A stretch of DNA of 64,000 nucleotides, taken from assembly GCF_018350175.1 (NCBI RefSeq), contig NC_058383.1, positions 248,001 through 312,000 of the forward strand, given 5' to 3'. The position numbers and the translations under genes were made by a program. Positions 62,185-64,000 of this stretch are shown here, in pieces (position 1 is the stretch's first letter; each line of letters begins with the position of its first letter). A model generated the notes under the pieces. It did not search any database. It was not told where the DNA came from and was given only the letters and a program-made list of their open reading frames with translations. Source of the stretch: Felis catus (lineage: Eukaryota).

Positions 62185-62523
62185 CAGCTGACCTGGAACG
62201 ACACGGGGGTAGGGGCACCAATTCCCCACACAGTTGGAAATCCATGTGTAATTTCTGACACCTCAGAAACTTAACTACTCATACCTTACAATTGACCAGA
62301 AGCTTTACTGATAACATAAAACAGTTGATTACCACATATTTTGTATGTTACACGTATTACATACTGTATTATTACAGTACAGTAAGCTAAAGAAGAAATG
62401 TTACTAAGAAATCATAAGGAAGAAGAAGTGCATTTAAAGTACTGCACTGTATTTATTGAAGGAAAAAAACCCTTGTATAAGTGACCCATGCAGTTCAAAC
62501 CCATGTTACTCAAGGGTCACCTG
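62185..62523. mobile_element. Tigger2-type non-autonomous DNA transposon
   Basis: Imperfect TIRs CAGCTGACC-TGGAAC ... TACTCAAGGGTCACCTG followed by TA; internal AAACTTAACTACT...GACCAGAAGCTTTACTGATAACATAAA. Confidence 0.8.
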
Positions 62524-63439
62524 TAGTTTTACTTCTCCTTTCCTAATGCACGACAAATGCTGAACCTATCAGTGATTAGGTTTCCCTATATTCTCACATA
62601 TGCACTGAGGCTACAACTTTCCCTCTAGTTCCAGCCTTACCTGCATCTCTGTGCTGGGGTCTGCCTGGGAGAACTGCAGAGGGTGGCAGAAGACCACTGG
62701 CCAGTGAGCCTGGGCCTCGATCTGGCCAGAAAGTGCACATCCCTCATCCTCATTCCACCACTAGAAGTGCAGGTGTCCGTCCAGTGAGACTCCTGTCAGG
62801 AGGAGATTCCCCCAGGCTGGCTGTCTCCTGGGAGCCCAGGGACCCCTCAAGTTGGGCCACCATCAAGGGACACATCCCAACCCCGCCGCTTGCCCTGTGA
62901 GTCCAAGGAAGGGGAAACAACCTTGTTGTGAGGCCCAGGGCTCCAGCCAGTCATTGCTCCCAGATGGGTCAGAAAATACCACTAAGGAGAGCTGCTGAGG
63001 GGCTGGGCCTGCTAGACACATCCATCAGTCCACCCTTGGCTGCGAAACGCAGGTCACAGCCCAGCTCCCTGGCCTCTCATGGTCCAGGCTAATTAGATCA
63101 ATTACAGGGGCACCTGGGGCACCAGAGCAGGTTGTGCCAAATGGTTGGGGTGAGTGGGGTAACCCTGGACCCCTCTCACTGTCTATCCTTTAGGAAGCAA
63201 CCAACGGGTAGCTGTGTTTCTTACGGGCAGTGACAAAACTCCAGCCCAGAGCCCTTCACCTGCTCTGCACTGAGTGGCCAGAGGCCAAGCAAGGGCCCCA
63301 CACATGCCTGGTGCCTACTCTGTTATTAGAACTGACATTAGGCTGCTCTTACAGTCAGCTAACACTTCAGAGTGAGTTCCCTCTGTGCCAGCCTCTGCTC
63401 TGGGAGTTTCTACATATTGTAGTTGCTTCTTAAAAGGTC

Positions 63440-63540
63440 TATGAAGTAGTAAGTATTGTTATTACACCCATTGCAGAGTTGGGGAAACTGAGGCATGGAG
63501 AGAGTAACTAACTGCTGGGTTCTGAACTCCTATAGCCTGA
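63440..63540 (-). mobile_element. MIR fragment
   Basis: ATTACACCCATTGCAGAGTTGGGGAAACTGAGGCA, the MIR core. Confidence 0.65.
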
Positions 63541-64000
63541 CCCCAGGCCCACAGGCACCGGCCCTGCTGTGGGAGCCCAGATCATTTGGGGCTGCTTCTC
63601 TTGCACCTGAATCCTCCTCTGAGCCCCCCACCCCCCACACGCTGGACCCAGAGACCCCGAGAAGCAGCATCTCACAGCCACCAGAGAATGGGTTCATGTC
63701 CTTGCAAATCAGGCTTCGATTATAATCCTTGTCGGGAGCTTCGGGTGTTGGAGAGAAACAGAGCTTGACAACTATCTTCTCATTACAGAAGCTCCCCGTC
63801 TCCAGTTCCTGGCAAATGACAGGCTGGCGCAGGCAGGGCCCAAGACAAGCCAGGCTGGAGATGCAGACGCTAATCAGGGTGGACACGCCCAGTGACAGAG
63901 ACCTGTCCACAGCACCTGTCACCATGGCCCTGCGTTGGCTGCTGGCTGCTCCTGAATGTTCACTGTTGGCAGCTGTGCCTGGAGCTTCCTCCCAGAGCCT

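Noticed and set aside
63500..64000. Open frames at the right edge, considered as a possible subtelomeric gene exon
   Set aside because: No recognisable homology or convincing splice structure; truncated by the window edge.

Overview
Mammalian (felid, most likely Felis) subtelomeric DNA, oriented with the chromosome end to the left; not prokaryotic. From the left: ~5.5 monomers of the 483-bp cat major satellite FA-SAT (1-2720), a degenerate (CCCTAA)n tract (2720-3443) abutting an old L1 ORF2 relic, and a CpG island (~4580-5850). The remaining ~58 kb is GC-rich non-coding sequence dense in feline CanSINEs (SINEC_Fc-type), L1 relics, MaLR/ERV LTRs, Tigger elements and tandem repeats. I cannot support any protein-coding gene; the long ORFs are GC, repeat or TE artefacts. 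The most interesting signal is that the left half of the CpG island is a recognisable L1 relic rewritten by near-unidirectional A/T->G/C substitution. The right half carries two CTCF-like motifs, an NRF1-like motif and a 68-bp tandem repeat, which makes it a candidate TERRA/FA-SAT promoter next to an apparently fossilised telomere capped by satellite. Repeat family names are from recognition of consensus motifs, not from a database search.
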